Shown one piece after another: positions 26,541 through 39,423 of a stretch of DNA of 64,000 nucleotides. The notes below the pieces were generated by a model. The model saw only the letters and a list, made by a program, of their open reading frames with translations, was not told the origin of the DNA and made no database searches. A program made the position numbers and the translations under genes. Positions within the stretch are counted from its first letter, which is position 1. Each line of letters opens with the position of its first letter. The DNA comes from Octopus sinensis (lineage: Eukaryota), in contig NC_043008.1 of assembly GCF_006345805.1 (NCBI RefSeq), forward strand, positions 11,284,001 through 11,348,000. Direction: 5' to 3'.

Positions 26541-27942
26541 CCAATATTTATATTAATAGCCTGAAATGCAGAATTGTTAATCGTTGAACAAAATGACTCG
26601 ATTTAACTTTTCTACTCTCATATGTCCGTTCAAATTATGTCTAGGTAAACGATGCCTTCCATCCTTCTGGGTTCGATAAAACAGCGCTTGCGCCTGATAC
26701 TGGGGTCAAAGTAATCGCTTTATAAATACTGTTAGTCTTTCTCTAAATTAGAAACCTTCAGTTATTATCATGAACACTGTCAAAGAACCGAATTTTAGGT
26801 TCCACGATACACTCATATCAGGTGTTTAGCAGGAAATAAACATTACGTATGTGCATAAGTAAGTTTTACTAGTAAGTTTTACTTGGCAAAAGCATGTTTT
26901 GCACACTAATTATATGAAAAATTCCGAAAAATGTCGCCTATTTCACGAAGCAGAATTAAATAAGTAAAACATTTAAATTTAGATTTGAGAGTAAATTTCG
27001 TTTCCCCTGCAAATGTCATTTGTTCTTTTTTCTCAATTTCAACCATAATTTATCACAAATACAGTTCAATACGCAAATATTTTGCTTTATGAGATGCATC
27101 TTTTATAGACCAGGAATTCTAAATATTTTAAAGAATAATGCATAATTGTATGTCAGCTGACACCTTATCTTAACTTTCTAATCTGAAATCAAGACAATTC
27201 TGCTGTATGTAACATATTTTAAAACTTATTATGCATTATTTATATATCATTCCAATTTCTGAAAACAAAAGACAAAACAAAAGTCTCTTACATTACACGA
27301 TTCCACACTTATTTTACCTTTTGTCTAAAGATTAATTTCTCTGGGAAATTTGCAAATAACTTTAATGTACTTCTATACATTGCAAATGAAGTAATCAAAA
27401 CTAGAATTATGCAGATAGAGACACAGATTAGCATAAATCTAGAAAGAAAATGAAATCTGCATGGAACTAAAAGGAAAAGAAATAGCTTATTCTCTATTTA
27501 CATAATTAATATACTTTTATACCAATTCCCCAAAAAAACAAAAAAACTCTATAGAACAATTGTAAAAGAATGGATATGTAAAACTATACAAACTACTAAT
27601 TAATTATATATGCGAAATTTTAATTTCTTTTATTAGCAGAATTAATATTTTCTTGAGCTGCAAAATATTCAATCATTCTGTAAAAGAAATTGCAAGTACA
27701 AAATTTCAGTTATCGCATGAATTTATTAAACTTTGCCGATACATCATTTTCCCTTTCTTATATGTCTCATTATCTGCAGTAGCACTACTTAGTTCCATCT
27801 GTAAAGATTTTGAAATACTTATTGTTAAACTACATGTTTGAATATCTGAACCTAAGTCGACAAATATACTATTTCTCTACAAAAGAAAAATTGCTGACCG
27901 TTAGTAAGGAGAGGCACACAAATAAGGAAGAAGAAAGCAAAG

Positions 27943-28166
27943 GACCACTGGTGAGGTCACAGAAGTGTGCCGAAAGAACTCTGGCCGAAATAAGATTAAG
28001 ATTAATGTAAAAAATAAATAAAGCTGAAGCAAATTATCACCAAATATATAGTGCGTGTGTTATTGGCTAAACTGGCAAAATGACCATTCCTAAATACAAC
28101 AACATATGTTTCAACACACGATTTCACATCAAGAATCTTACAAAACAAATATATAAACGTATGAAA
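27943..28166 (+). mobile_element. Penelope-type terminus with type I hammerhead motif (one core substitution)
   Basis: GACCA CTGGTGA GG-T-CAC-AGAA-GTG-TG-CC GAAA GAAC TC TGGCC (27943-27986). Downstream 28005-28166 is homologous to the fold-back element at 63207-63425. Confidence 0.55.
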
Positions 28167-28543
28167 TATATTCGTTATCAAGCTGTTGCAGACCCTGGAA
28201 CTAGCTTGATGTAGAAACTTGAAAGAAATAAACGATTGTGTAAGTAATGGTTTGTTTAGGCAGCGTATATCAACTCAATTACTAATACGAAATTCCAAAT
28301 GAGTACCGCTTTTCCAGGTAGTTTCAGTTTTAAAATTAAAGAAGGTATTTTCTTGTGTCCATCTCATTTCTATGACATATCGGTCTGCAACATGCAATGA
28401 TCCTAAGAACAAAAAAATAGCTACAAAAATTCAGTTAATTACTACTACTAATTAATAACTACTGACTTTATAATCATTCAACGTGTGTATATAGATTTGT
28501 GGGACACCCTGTACATACATACACACATACATACACATGCATA

Positions 28544-28591
<48 letters not shown>

Positions 28592-28607
28592 ATATATGTA
28601 TATATAT

Positions 28608-28859
28608 AAATCAATAAATGGTGGGGTTGTGTTGACCGCACGTGGAGAAATGATAGGCAAGGAAAAATTATAGAAAGGCAGAATGCTAAATTGAAGGTAA
28701 ATTTTAATGAAAATAGGTGTATGGAAAATTTTGAAAAATTAACAAAATATATAATTAATATATACATATTTTGTTAATTTTTCAAAATTTTCCATACACC
28801 CATTTTCATTAAAATTTACCTTCAATTTAGCATTCTGCCATTTTATAATTTTTCCTTGC

Positions 28860-28861
<2 letters not shown>
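28608..28861. mobile_element. Fold-back element in (TA)n, 95-bp arms
   Basis: Arms 28656-28750 and 28766-28860 (3 substitutions), 15-nt loop, (TA)n on both sides. A related short copy lies at 40270-40365. Confidence 0.85.
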
Positions 28862-28895
<34 letters not shown>

Positions 28896-28897
<2 letters not shown>

Positions 28898-29263
28898 ATA
28901 ATAACAAAGGGTAACCAACTAGTAACCAATAATTTCACCAAGTAGAATTCGACTTGAAAAGGGACCCTTTCTCGGTAAACTTAAGTAATATTTTATAATT
29001 AGGGTTCAACAAAGATTTGCTTTACCACATACCGAAGTTTAGAAATAGCAGCTAAAAAACCTTAGCTATTTCCTCTACTTTAAAAAAGAGACTCCCAGAG
29101 AAAAACAAAGTACTCGAAAACCATCTTTGTTTTTGTCCGGGAGTCTCTTTTTAAAGTAAAGGAAATAGCTAAGGTTCTTTGGCGGCTATTTCTAGACTTC
29201 GGTATGTAGTAAAGCAAATCTTTGCTGCATCCTAATTTTAAAATATTACTTAAGTTTACCGAG

Positions 29264-29266
<3 letters not shown>
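28896..29266. mobile_element. Fold-back element in (TA)n, ~143-bp arms
   Basis: Arms 28968-29110 and 29125-29266 (~12 substitutions and 1 indel by eye), 14-nt loop, (TA)n on both sides. Shares motif blocks with 59497-60456. Confidence 0.85.
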
Positions 29267-29315
<49 letters not shown>

Positions 29316-31739
29316 ATAGACACAAATACGTGAATGTACTGATTTTTATGCGCGTGCGCGTAAAGTTCTTAATCTGCTTACAAATGTACAAGATTGAGAA
29401 GGTCATTTGTAGGATTCGTCTTCTAAGTAGCTGGACATTGACCTTTCATGGGCTGGTGGGGATGTAAAGAAAGTGAAAGTGGTGGTAGCATTAAGAACGG
29501 ATCGTGTTGTATTGCTGGCATCTGTGCAGAGAATAGGAGTGAGGAAATTACTTGTCAATGTAATTAAGTTAGAGTAGATTTGAAGGGAAATTCAGTGGAA
29601 GAATAATGAGAAAACGAATATGAAGAACGGAATGTAGAGTGATAGATAAATTGATAAATATACATCTAAATACGTGGAATAGATTGTACGGAATCTATTT
29701 GGAATTTTATTAAACAAAATTTTATTCTCAATGAACAAAAAACAAATGTCGTTACTAACAACGACAAATCGTCGAGAGAGTTTGAGTGTAATTGTTCTTG
29801 GTGTAATTGTTGCAGCTGTCAAAAAGTTAGCGGTGAATCGTTGAGTTGCGGTCGCAGATCGTTACTGTTTAGCGTCGGTCCGACATCTCTGTCAGAAAAG
29901 CTGTTAGAAAAAAATCTTTATGAAGAAAAGAGTCTTTTTTCGTACATCACTGGGGAAAACACGTGTTGACTTATCTCCTTGTCCCTGGAGCAGATGGAGA
30001 TATCAGTGGAAGATTGTGTTGATATCAATGATATTATAAGCAGAATACTGGCATCACGTCTGTGCTGGTGAAAAGATTTGATGACTGAGAAGAAGCGTGC
30101 TTGGTACATAGTGACCAGTGTATCGACAACAGAAATTTAGACGTCGCAGTGAGGGTACAATAGGGAAAAGTCACCCAGAGAGGGAATTTCCTCAGAGATA
30201 TATCGGCCTTGTTCATGTCAATTCGTAAGGTGCTGGCAAGCTGGGTCACCACTTGTACGAAGATGAGGCTGCGAAATATTCTTTAAACGTCCGTGTCACT
30301 CATGACTTGTAAATAGTGCTGACTGCCATTTCTAGCATCGGAGGTTACCAGTTGTACGAAGAAGACGGAAATCTATTTTGATTTTTAATAAACAAAATAT
30401 TTTTATTCTTCTCGTACACAAAAGCAAATGTCATTACTACACGCGACGAAAGGTCGATAGAGTTTGATATTGTTAGTTGAAATATATAGACACTTACAAA
30501 CCAGGGCAAGATATTGTTCTTTGTGTAATAATAGTAACAGTTAAATGTTATCTGCTGGTCATTGTGTAGCTGTCACGGGTAATTGTTTTTTACCAGCGGT
30601 TCGCCACCTCAGTTGACAGTTTGTTATGGTGTCCGTCAATGCTATCCGTGAAGTGGCTAACGCGGACTGAATTTATAGTGCTGGATAGGCTCAAAGAGAA
30701 AGGCGCGAAGAGGTGGAGTTATTATTGGAGTCATTTCTAGGAAAAGTCGTGGCTAGGTAGATTTTTTTTATTACATGGGTAAAATTCTAGCAAATCGCGA
30801 ATATTCATGGGTAATATTCTAGCACATAGAGAACTGAATGCTGAATATACTCTCTACGGGATGTATAAATAGAGAAGGGAAACCGTGAGTAGTTTTTAAG
30901 CTAATTATAAGTACTATTGCCCTCCTTTTCTTCCTCTTCTTCGTCATCATCATTACCATTATCACGGTATGGATACTACGCCATTATATTCACAATATAT
31001 ATTTCAAATTCAATTAAAAATTTCCTTGTGGAAAAAATTTAAATTATGAAACATTAATAACGAACGCTTCTTTCAAACTAAACTCAGATTGAAATAAATA
31101 AATGTAAGATTAGAAAAGTTATTTTTCACTTAATAATTAATGGCGAAGTTATGGTATGTCTTCTATTATTAAAGGTGATACGTTTTATATCACCTATATA
31201 AGATAAACTTGAAGTGAAGTAACATCGATTTTAACACGAACGATTAAATTATTAAGTTATGTCACTAAAATATAATGCGTATTTTAAATATTTACTAAAT
31301 AATGAGATACATAAATACATACATACATATATATGAATTAGTGTACATTTAAACAGAAAAGAGGTGAACCTTAACAGGTCGCCTTAATAATAGAAGGAAC
31401 AGTGAAAAAGTACAAACCACAGTTAAGAGCAATTTCGAAGGGAATGAAAAATAATCACATTTACCATGTTTTATAGCCTGACCTAAGGTTTCGAACTTTA
31501 ATAAGCAAATATATATATATATATATCTGTGTGTGTGTTGATATATTTAATACGATATGTAACGTTAACAAACTTAGTGTTAATAACAGCTATCAGGATT
31601 AGAAAAGGAAAGACGGTGGAATAGAGTAACAGTATGAAGAACTCGATGGCATTTACAAATATTTATCAAAAATGGTTTTTACTTTACATTGAAGTTCAGA
31701 AATATTAGGAAATGATAATGAAAGCAATATTAGGAAATG

Positions 31740-32350
31740 GTTAAGGAAGGGAAAAATACAGATGAAAATTCCATAGAAATGTGGGAATTTTCATTCCATC
31801 AGTGAACGTTGTTAAGGGGTAAGAATGATGAGAAATTTGCACTTACTCTATCCAAATTACACATTTCTACCTGATATTATTAGGGCCCTGAGATATGTCA
31901 CACACTACCTCAATACTAATCTTGAGAAATTAGGATTCTAAAAACCAGAAAGGAGAAAGCTAATTCGAAGACTATACATCCAATACATCAAAGGAACTGT
32001 AAAAAATCTGTAAAACTTTCCCGAAATATATATATGAGCCTGTCTGGATATGCAACTACATGCATGAGACTACGTACATAAAACAAAATATACATGTCTG
32101 CACAAATACATACATAAATACATACAAAAATAAACAAACAGGGTGTGCGTTGCGTTAAATGGATGTATCAAGGTTTGAACAGAAATAACCCAACAAAGGA
32201 AAAAAGTTCGACGAAAGCAGAGCAAACGGGAAACTAGACGAAATACTCCGTTGCTGGTGTTGAAATCCTAACGAAGGAGCCTTGGATCTAGGCTAGAAAT
32301 CGGTCCTTTCTCTATTGGCAGGAAATCTTGAAATAAAACTTAATAATGAC
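31740..32350 (+). mobile_element. 3' end of RLE-type non-LTR retrotransposon (degenerate ORF end + 3'UTR + (CATA)n tail)
   Basis: MRNLHLLYPNYTFLPDIIRALRYVTHYLNTNLEKLGF*KPERRKLIRRLYIQYIKGTVK resembles the RLE C-terminus (PIVVGALG...LQ...GTxxI). The homologous copy at 57690-58010 shares ORF end and 3'UTR. Confidence 0.7.
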
Positions 32351-33484
32351 ATACATAAATACATACAAACAAATACACACATACATCTACTTTTATGTGT
32401 CTATGTGTACATCTATGCATGTACATATTTATACGTGTGTCCTTGTGCGTCCCTTGTGTGTAGTGAGGAAATTAATTGCCAGTCTATCATTATGAAATAA
32501 ATAGTTGGCTTTAGACAGTTTCTAATGTTCAGTATTCTATGAGTGCAATAAATCATTCCTATCACGCAGCTAAATAATTAAAAGAATCTCTTTGTTTATC
32601 AGAGCTTTCAATATTTCAATCGAAGAATTGATTTGAGGAGATTATTTTCTCAGAAAAAGAAATTAGAAAGTAATTATTTTAATGATCTATATTTTTGAAG
32701 TAGCTTCATTCAGAGACTTATAAATTTGAATATTATTTTCGTTATTATTTCCGGGGTTTCATACATCAAATTAGTTTCATTTTATGCTATATACTATAGA
32801 AGACAAGTATGTATATAACTTGTGATGTAACGCGATACGAACATTCAGATATTTAACACTTTATAACTGAGAATATATTTATTTGTTATCGAATAGAGTT
32901 TGAGGGGTGTTAATGAAGGGAACTTTTATATTCCACACAAAAGAAAAATGATGTTATGGTTAACTTAATTATATATCACCAGAAGTCTCTCACCCTAAAT
33001 GGGCCTATATATAAATTGTTGTATCGCTAATTATTTTGTCGATACTTGTTTACAGTATAACCATGTAGTAACAATAAAATATATAACGAAGCAGGGTAAA
33101 AACAACGTAACAATCCCACATACTCTGCAGGAAACAATAAACGATATTCCGACAACTACCAAAACTACACCTGCGCAGCCCGCTAATATTTATAGTCGTT
33201 TGGTCTGTCTATTCTCGCAGGGAGTGTCGTGACCCTCGCCACAAAATAAATATATATATATGAGTTACGATGAAAGTAAACAAAGTTTGCTTTTTAGATG
33301 CGTTGGGGTGTTTTGAAAGATACAGAAATAATTGATTCGCAAACGCAGAATAATACTAACATAATGGTAGGAACAAGATAAAATATTCATATCTTTTATG
33401 AAAAATTTGCTAGCAGTCAGCCATGAGACTTGAACTCACATCCCTGTGATTATCGTTCATAGGGTCTCACTCAATAATAATAAT

Positions 33485-33690
33485 TACGAAAGGGCGAGAG
33501 ACTGGAAGACCTGGATGATGATGAGTACAAGTTCCTCGAGAGCCTGGAGCAGGACAATATCTTGCACAGAGAAATAAAACACAAAGTCGTCACTGCAGAT
33601 TTCAAGCCCCTCAGACTTCTCTTGAAATGAAAACTCATCTCAAGGAACCTTGTGACTACCATCAACTTATGGGCTATTACTGTAGTGGTG
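33485..33690 (+). pseudogene. R4/Dong-like LINE reverse transcriptase fragment
   Basis: LEDLDDDEYKFLESLEQDNILHREIKHKV...LRLLLK*KLISRNLVTTINLWAITVV corresponds to R4-clade YKYLGILExDxI...KLNxxNxIxAINxWAV. Preceded by (TAA)n at 33473-33484. Confidence 0.75.
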
Positions 33691-35126
33691 CCACGCAAAG
33701 AAGTGGATAATGAAGGTAGCAAAACCCGTGTTGGCTATTCTATAGAACGTCTGTAGAAATAACCTCAACAAAATAATGTAAGAACATCTGTTGGTGCGAT
33801 AGAACTTGGTACAGGCTTATGAAAGCATTTTGTATACCTCATAGTATATTGTATTAGCAGAACAAAGTACCACGCGCCTAAATATCTTTAATAAGAATGT
33901 AATCTGTGTTTTAGATTTAGATTCTCGTTTATACGTCAAGATTTGGTTCCTCTAAAATGTTCAAGACTTTTTTTTTTTCTTTGCACTTCGATATTCTCTT
34001 TGATGCTCTTCTCATTAATCTCTCTTCCGACGTGTCTTAACGCACGGTAGAATAACTTCTTCCAGGTTTTGGAATCTTGTGAGTTGTAAATTTGTCAATC
34101 ACTAGTTTCATCTGCTTCAACTATTTCACATTAAAAATTGTCATGACGTCTTATTTCAAGGCAGCGAAATAACAGAATCAAAAGTACGCCAAATAAAATA
34201 CTTCGCTTTTCTTCCGTTTTTACGTTCTAATTTCAGATTCCATCGAGGCTAACATTGTCATTAATCTTTTCGGGATTGATAAATTAAGCGGTATTTGAGT
34301 ACTGGAATCAATGTAATTGATTACAATGTGTCACAATTTATTTTAAAATTTTGTCTTTGGACAGCAAATGCTATTTCCTGTCTATTTCTGTCTAGAAATG
34401 AAAGAAAATAACTACAAACCCTTTAAAACTTTGCATTTGTGACCTATTTTCCATTACATGTTAGACAAATGCAGCGCTGAGTTGCTGAAGCAGAAATATT
34501 GTTATAGCAAATATTCTGCTCCATGTCACATATTTCTTTGTCAGTTGCTTGACTTTACCCACTTCAGTATGTCCTTTAGTGGCTGACAATGTGTGCATCT
34601 CTGATCACGAACAGGAGTAGTGGGGGAGCATCATAGCCATGTGCTGAGAGGGATTCCTTGGGGTTTGAATAAATGTAACAAAAGCAAAATTTCAAGGAAA
34701 TATTAGAATTTTTCATACTTTCTAGCGGTAAACAAATAGGAAATAATAGTACAAAGGGCAAAAATTATGTTACACAAGGTTATCTACCCTGCTCCAAATT
34801 TTCGGTCATGTGCCCATATTAGAACGAATTATTACCACTTCAAGAAGCAAGAGAGAAAATCGTTAGCGGTTTTATCCCTACCCTAAATCTTTATGATTTG
34901 AGATCAAATCCTGACGGGGTCAACTTTGACTTTCATTGCTTTGTGGTCAATAAAATTAAGTCAAGTACTTGGATCAATCAACTCACCCACTCTCCTGAGA
35001 ATTGCGGGCCTTTTGCAAACACATTAGAAAGTATTATAACTACTGACTTTTACACGCAACATTTATCGTCTTCCTTCTTGAGAATTTTTGAAATGGAGAC
35101 AAGTAGTAATGTGTAGTTCCTTCTCT

Positions 35127-35575
35127 GGATCTTTTCGGTTTGAACGGCAGTTTTTAACATAATTTCTAGGTAACTAAAAAATTTTAAACTTCGTATACTG
35201 GTAGAATGTGTTTATAAAACATCTTTTTCTCTTGGCTTTATTGAGAAAATTCTATAGTTTGTAAGATATGTGTTGTTTTTTTTCTTCAATTTCTGCAATT
35301 TCAACCAATCAATTACGTATATTGAGGTAAAAATCATTCTGTGCCGTATGAATATGTCCCTCGTGTAAGAAACAGATTGGGTTTATTTACATTTGTGAAG
35401 AAAAAAAGATACACTTCCTCCACCCCTAACCCTAACCCTAACCCTAACTAACCCTAACTAACCCTAACCCTAAAACAGATAGAAATGCAATAGATCGATA
35501 CTAGGGTTATAATTATGGGTGACAATTTCATATGACAACGCTAGAAAAAAACTACCGTTTAAACCGAAAAGATCC
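35127..35575. mobile_element. 449-bp MITE with ~29-bp TIRs and 8-bp TSD (Merlin- or Mutator-like)
   Basis: TIR ggatcttttcggtttgaacggcagttttt / aaaaactaccgtttaaaccgaaaagatcc; perfect TSD ccttctct at 35119-35126 and 35576-35583. Confidence 0.9.
35424..35474 (-). repeat. Interstitial telomeric (TTAGGG)n tract inside the MITE
   Basis: ccctaaccctaaccctaaccctaactaaccctaactaaccctaaccctaa. Confidence 0.9.
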
Positions 35576-37623
35576 CCTTCTCTCGTTCATTCCTGGCATT
35601 TTCTTGGAACACGCTTTGACGTTGTCACTTTGGGTATGAATGTACTAGGGTCTTGCAGCCATTTGGTGACCGAATTTGGTGCGTGACGTTATCTGTTATA
35701 TTAGTTGTGTCATGATAGAATCAACATGTTGTCTGATGAATAACGCAACCAAGCTGGTTTTGCTTGTGTTTGTATAACCAGCTTTTTTTTCCATCTGCTT
35801 AGATTGAAAAACAAAAAAACGCAAAACTTTAAATGAGGCTTTCACCCTTGCTTAATTTTGTTCCATAAAATCTATTAACATTTCTCTTTTATTAATTACA
35901 CATTTTTTCGATTTATTTTATTTCTAGATGCGCTTTGATCTAGTGCAACTAAAATTACACCTTCCGTTTCTGTCTTTGATCCTCACATTATTTCCTGTCT
36001 GTTTAGTTTTACCCAACGAGAGATTTTTTTTTTCTTTTCATATTTTCATTAGGTTATTTTTTTGAAATTCTGCAGAGATTTGATAATTAGATTTTATCAG
36101 CAAAACCAGCAGAATTATCAGAACCAGCAGAACCATCACGTTACTGGAGAGAAGCTATTTCGATTCTATTATGTAAAATTGCTGATATTAATTAATTAGC
36201 CCCTTCAGAGCCTGTTTTTTCTCTGCTGTGTTTTTCCCAAGAATGTGTAAAGATTTTTGAATAATGTTTATAAGTCAGCATATTAAAAAAATAAACATAC
36301 TTCATGTAAAATATTCGAGGATCTTTTGTTCATCATAATAAATAATACTAACCACGTTAAGGATGCTGAACAAATAAGGCAGAAATAATTAAGGAAATAG
36401 TACCAGAGACCTTACAGAATAGAGTCGAAAATGGGAAAAGTATTAAAAGTATTAAAAGTATTAAAAGATATTTCAAGAAATTTCGAAGGTGCGTCATAGA
36501 AGCATTTTTATCACGCAACTTGTCTCTAATATGAAATCCAATTAGTTTTGATTAGTTAATTTCAACAAGCAAATTTGTATTTATTCAAGCTATAGCTTAT
36601 ACGTTTCGAATTTTAAAACATACATCAGATTTATTATCTGCGTCTGAAGAAATAAGTTATTATTGAACTAACATCGTAAATGGCAGGCAATAAGCAGTCT
36701 TGAATAGTATAAGAAAACAATGGATATTAGTAATGGCGTTCATCGCCAAAATGCAATTTTAAATACAATCTCAAAAAAAAAAAAGATTTATCTTATCTGA
36801 CGGAACACAAGTCTATTAGACATTGTCTGAGGAATTTTAGGAAAAGCTTCTAATTCTTGTCTTAGAGGATGGCCAGATATTAGTAAGAAAATAATGGAAT
36901 TAAAATAAATTCTGAATATAGCTACCCGAGGCACACATTTGTAAGCACAGACACAAGTTATTGCTTGTGGAAATAGACAACAAAACGCATGTATTTAGAT
37001 CAATATTGGCAACAGACAAAATCACGTAGGACTATACAACACATTCAACTGAGGCCCGTTCGAGCTTGCAAAACATGTGTACTTGAGATCCGGCAAAACA
37101 TCAAACAACAAAATACACGTAGTGAGTAACATAATATATCCATATAGAATAATCCGTCGAATATCGCGGTTGTTACGTTCCAGAATCCCGCGGAATACGT
37201 GAAAATCCGCGAAATAGAATCAGTACTGTACTGTATATTTTTAATTACTTTTATAATTTGTATATATTTATTGTACGACAAATGCAACACAACTCAACGG
37301 AGGAATCTACCTAAGGTTAAATAACAAACCGCGATAGGTGATCCCTGATATGGCGAGAGATTACTCCATTATAATTATTGAGTGAGAGAACGATAGATGC
37401 CATGTGATAGACACTGGGGTACGAATATACGAAACCCAATATACCGATCGTGATTAGCCACCTGATAAGGGTACAACAGGCACATGCATGGTAACCATAT
37501 GTTAAACATCGGATGGCCTTGCGCGTGGGGCCCAGTTAGAAGTTTCTTCAGGTTTAGTAGCTCATCCCGCTCAAAAGTTCCCTGAGTGAGTCTTGTTTAA
37601 AGATGAACATATTAATATTATCA

Positions 37624-37655
37624 TTCTTCTTCTTCTTCTTCTTCTTCTTCTTCTT

Positions 37656-37742
<87 letters not shown>
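37624..37742 (+). repeat. Compound (TTC)n(TTA)n microsatellite
   Basis: Directly visible; forms the 3' flank or tail of the R4-like copy. Confidence 0.95.
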
Positions 37743-37745
<3 letters not shown>

Positions 37746-38556
37746 TAGTTTTATTTTTATAGCGTGCATTCACTTCACTACTGAGCGCAGCTCTGTGTGC
37801 CTTGGGTATGTGCTGTGATTTGTTGTGATGCTCTGATGGTTATTGTATGGAAAGTGTTCTGCGTAGGATGTGTGCAGTGCCTAGTAGTGCAATTTTCTGT
37901 ATGTTATATGTGTTTGTAAGTCCTGGTGTTTTTGTTATGAATTTGTCTGAATATTGTTTATCATGCCTAATGCACCTACTATGATAGGGATTGTTTCTGT
38001 TTTCAGATTCCACATTCTAGTTACCTCTATTTCCAGGTCTTTGTATTTTGAGAGTTTCTCCATTTCTTTTAGAGACACGTTGTCATCTGCCGGTATTGAT
38101 ACATCAATTAGAAAGCATTTTTTTCTTCATGGTCTCTGACAACTATATCTGGTCTGTTGGCCTTAATTTCTCTATCTGTGTGTATCGGCATATCCCAGAG
38201 TATGGTTGCTTTCTCGTTTTCTGTGACCTTTTCTGGTGTGTGCCTATACCATCTTTTTTCTGTTGTTATTCCATAATGTTGGCATAGCTTCCAATGTATG
38301 TAGGTTCCAAATCTGTCATGTCTGTGAATGTATTCCTTCTTAGCCAGGACTGGGCAGCTAGAGATAATAGATTTATTGTTTCTTGTCCATCTCCACATAT
38401 TCTGCAGTTACTTGTAATATTTCTTTTCATTACATGTTTTTGGTAATTTCTGGTGGGGAGGCTTTGGTCTTGTGCTGCAATTAAAAATCCCTCTGTTTCT
38501 GCTTTGAGTCCTGAGCTTCTCAACCATTGCTGGGATTTTTCTTTGTCTATTTCTTT
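37743..38556 (-). mobile_element. 5'-truncated R4/Dong-like non-LTR retrotransposon, copy 1 (CCHC knuckle + restriction-like endonuclease)
   Basis: QWLRSSGLKAETEGFLIAAQDQSLPTRNYQK...CRICGDGQETIN[fs]IISSC...RHD...WDMPIHTDREIKANRPDIVVRD...IDVSIP...EKLSKYKDL...IVGALG; 3'UTR ends in (TAA)n. Confidence 0.92.
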
Positions 38557-38607
38557 TATTATTATTAATATTATTATTATTATATTATTATTATTATTAT
38601 TATTATT

Positions 38608-39423
38608 CAGTAGTTTTATTTTTATAGCGTGCATTCACTTCACTACTGAGCGCAGCTCTGTGTGCCTTGGGTATGTGCTGTGATTTGTTGTGATGCTCTG
38701 ATGGTTATTGTATGGAAAGTGTTCTGCGTAGGATGTGTGCAGTGCCTAGTAGTGCAATTTTCTGTATGTTATATGTGTTTGTAAGTCCTGGTGTTTTTGT
38801 TATGAATTTGTCTGAATATTTGTTTATCATGCCTAATGCACCTACTATGATAGGGATTGTTTCTGTTTTCAGATTCCACATTCTAGTTACCTCTATTTCC
38901 AGGTCTTTGTATTTTGAGAGTTTCTCCATTTCTTTTAGAGACACGTTGTCATCTGCCGGTATTGATACATCAATTAGAAAGCATTTTTTTTCTTCATGGT
39001 CTCTGACAACTATATCTGGTCTGTTGGCCTTAATTTCTCTATCTGTGTGTATCGGCATATCCCAGAGTATGGTTGCTTTCTCGTTTTCTGTGACCTTTTC
39101 TGGTGTGTGCCTATACCATCTTTTTTCTGTTGTTATTCCATAATGTTGGCATAGCTTCCAATGTATGTAGGTTCCAATCTGTCATGTCTGTGAATGTATT
39201 CCTTCTTAGCCAGGACTGGGCAGCTAGAGATAATAGATTTATTGTTTCTTGTCCATCTCCACATATTCTGCAGTTACTTGTAATATTTCTTTTCATTACA
39301 TGTTTTTGGTAATTTCTGGTGGGGAGGCTTTGGTCTTGTGCTGCAATTAAAAATCCCTCTGTTTCTGCTTTGAGTCCTGAGCTTCTCAACCATTGCTGGG
39401 ATTTTTCTTTGTCTATTTCTTTT
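38608..39423 (-). mobile_element. 5'-truncated R4/Dong-like non-LTR retrotransposon, copy 2
   Basis: Near-identical to copy 1 (period 865-866 bp); same truncation point and same frameshift; (TAA)n on both sides. Confidence 0.92.

Noticed and set aside
27650-27800. Minus-strand acceptor-like sites followed by short ATG frames (MELSSATADNETYKKGK...)
   Set aside because: Frames close within ~30 codons; no canonical donor and no homology recognised.
33410-33472. tRNA-like sequence on the minus strand (B box gtgagttcaagtctc)
   Set aside because: No acceptor stem or D arm; more likely a decayed SINE head than a tRNA gene.
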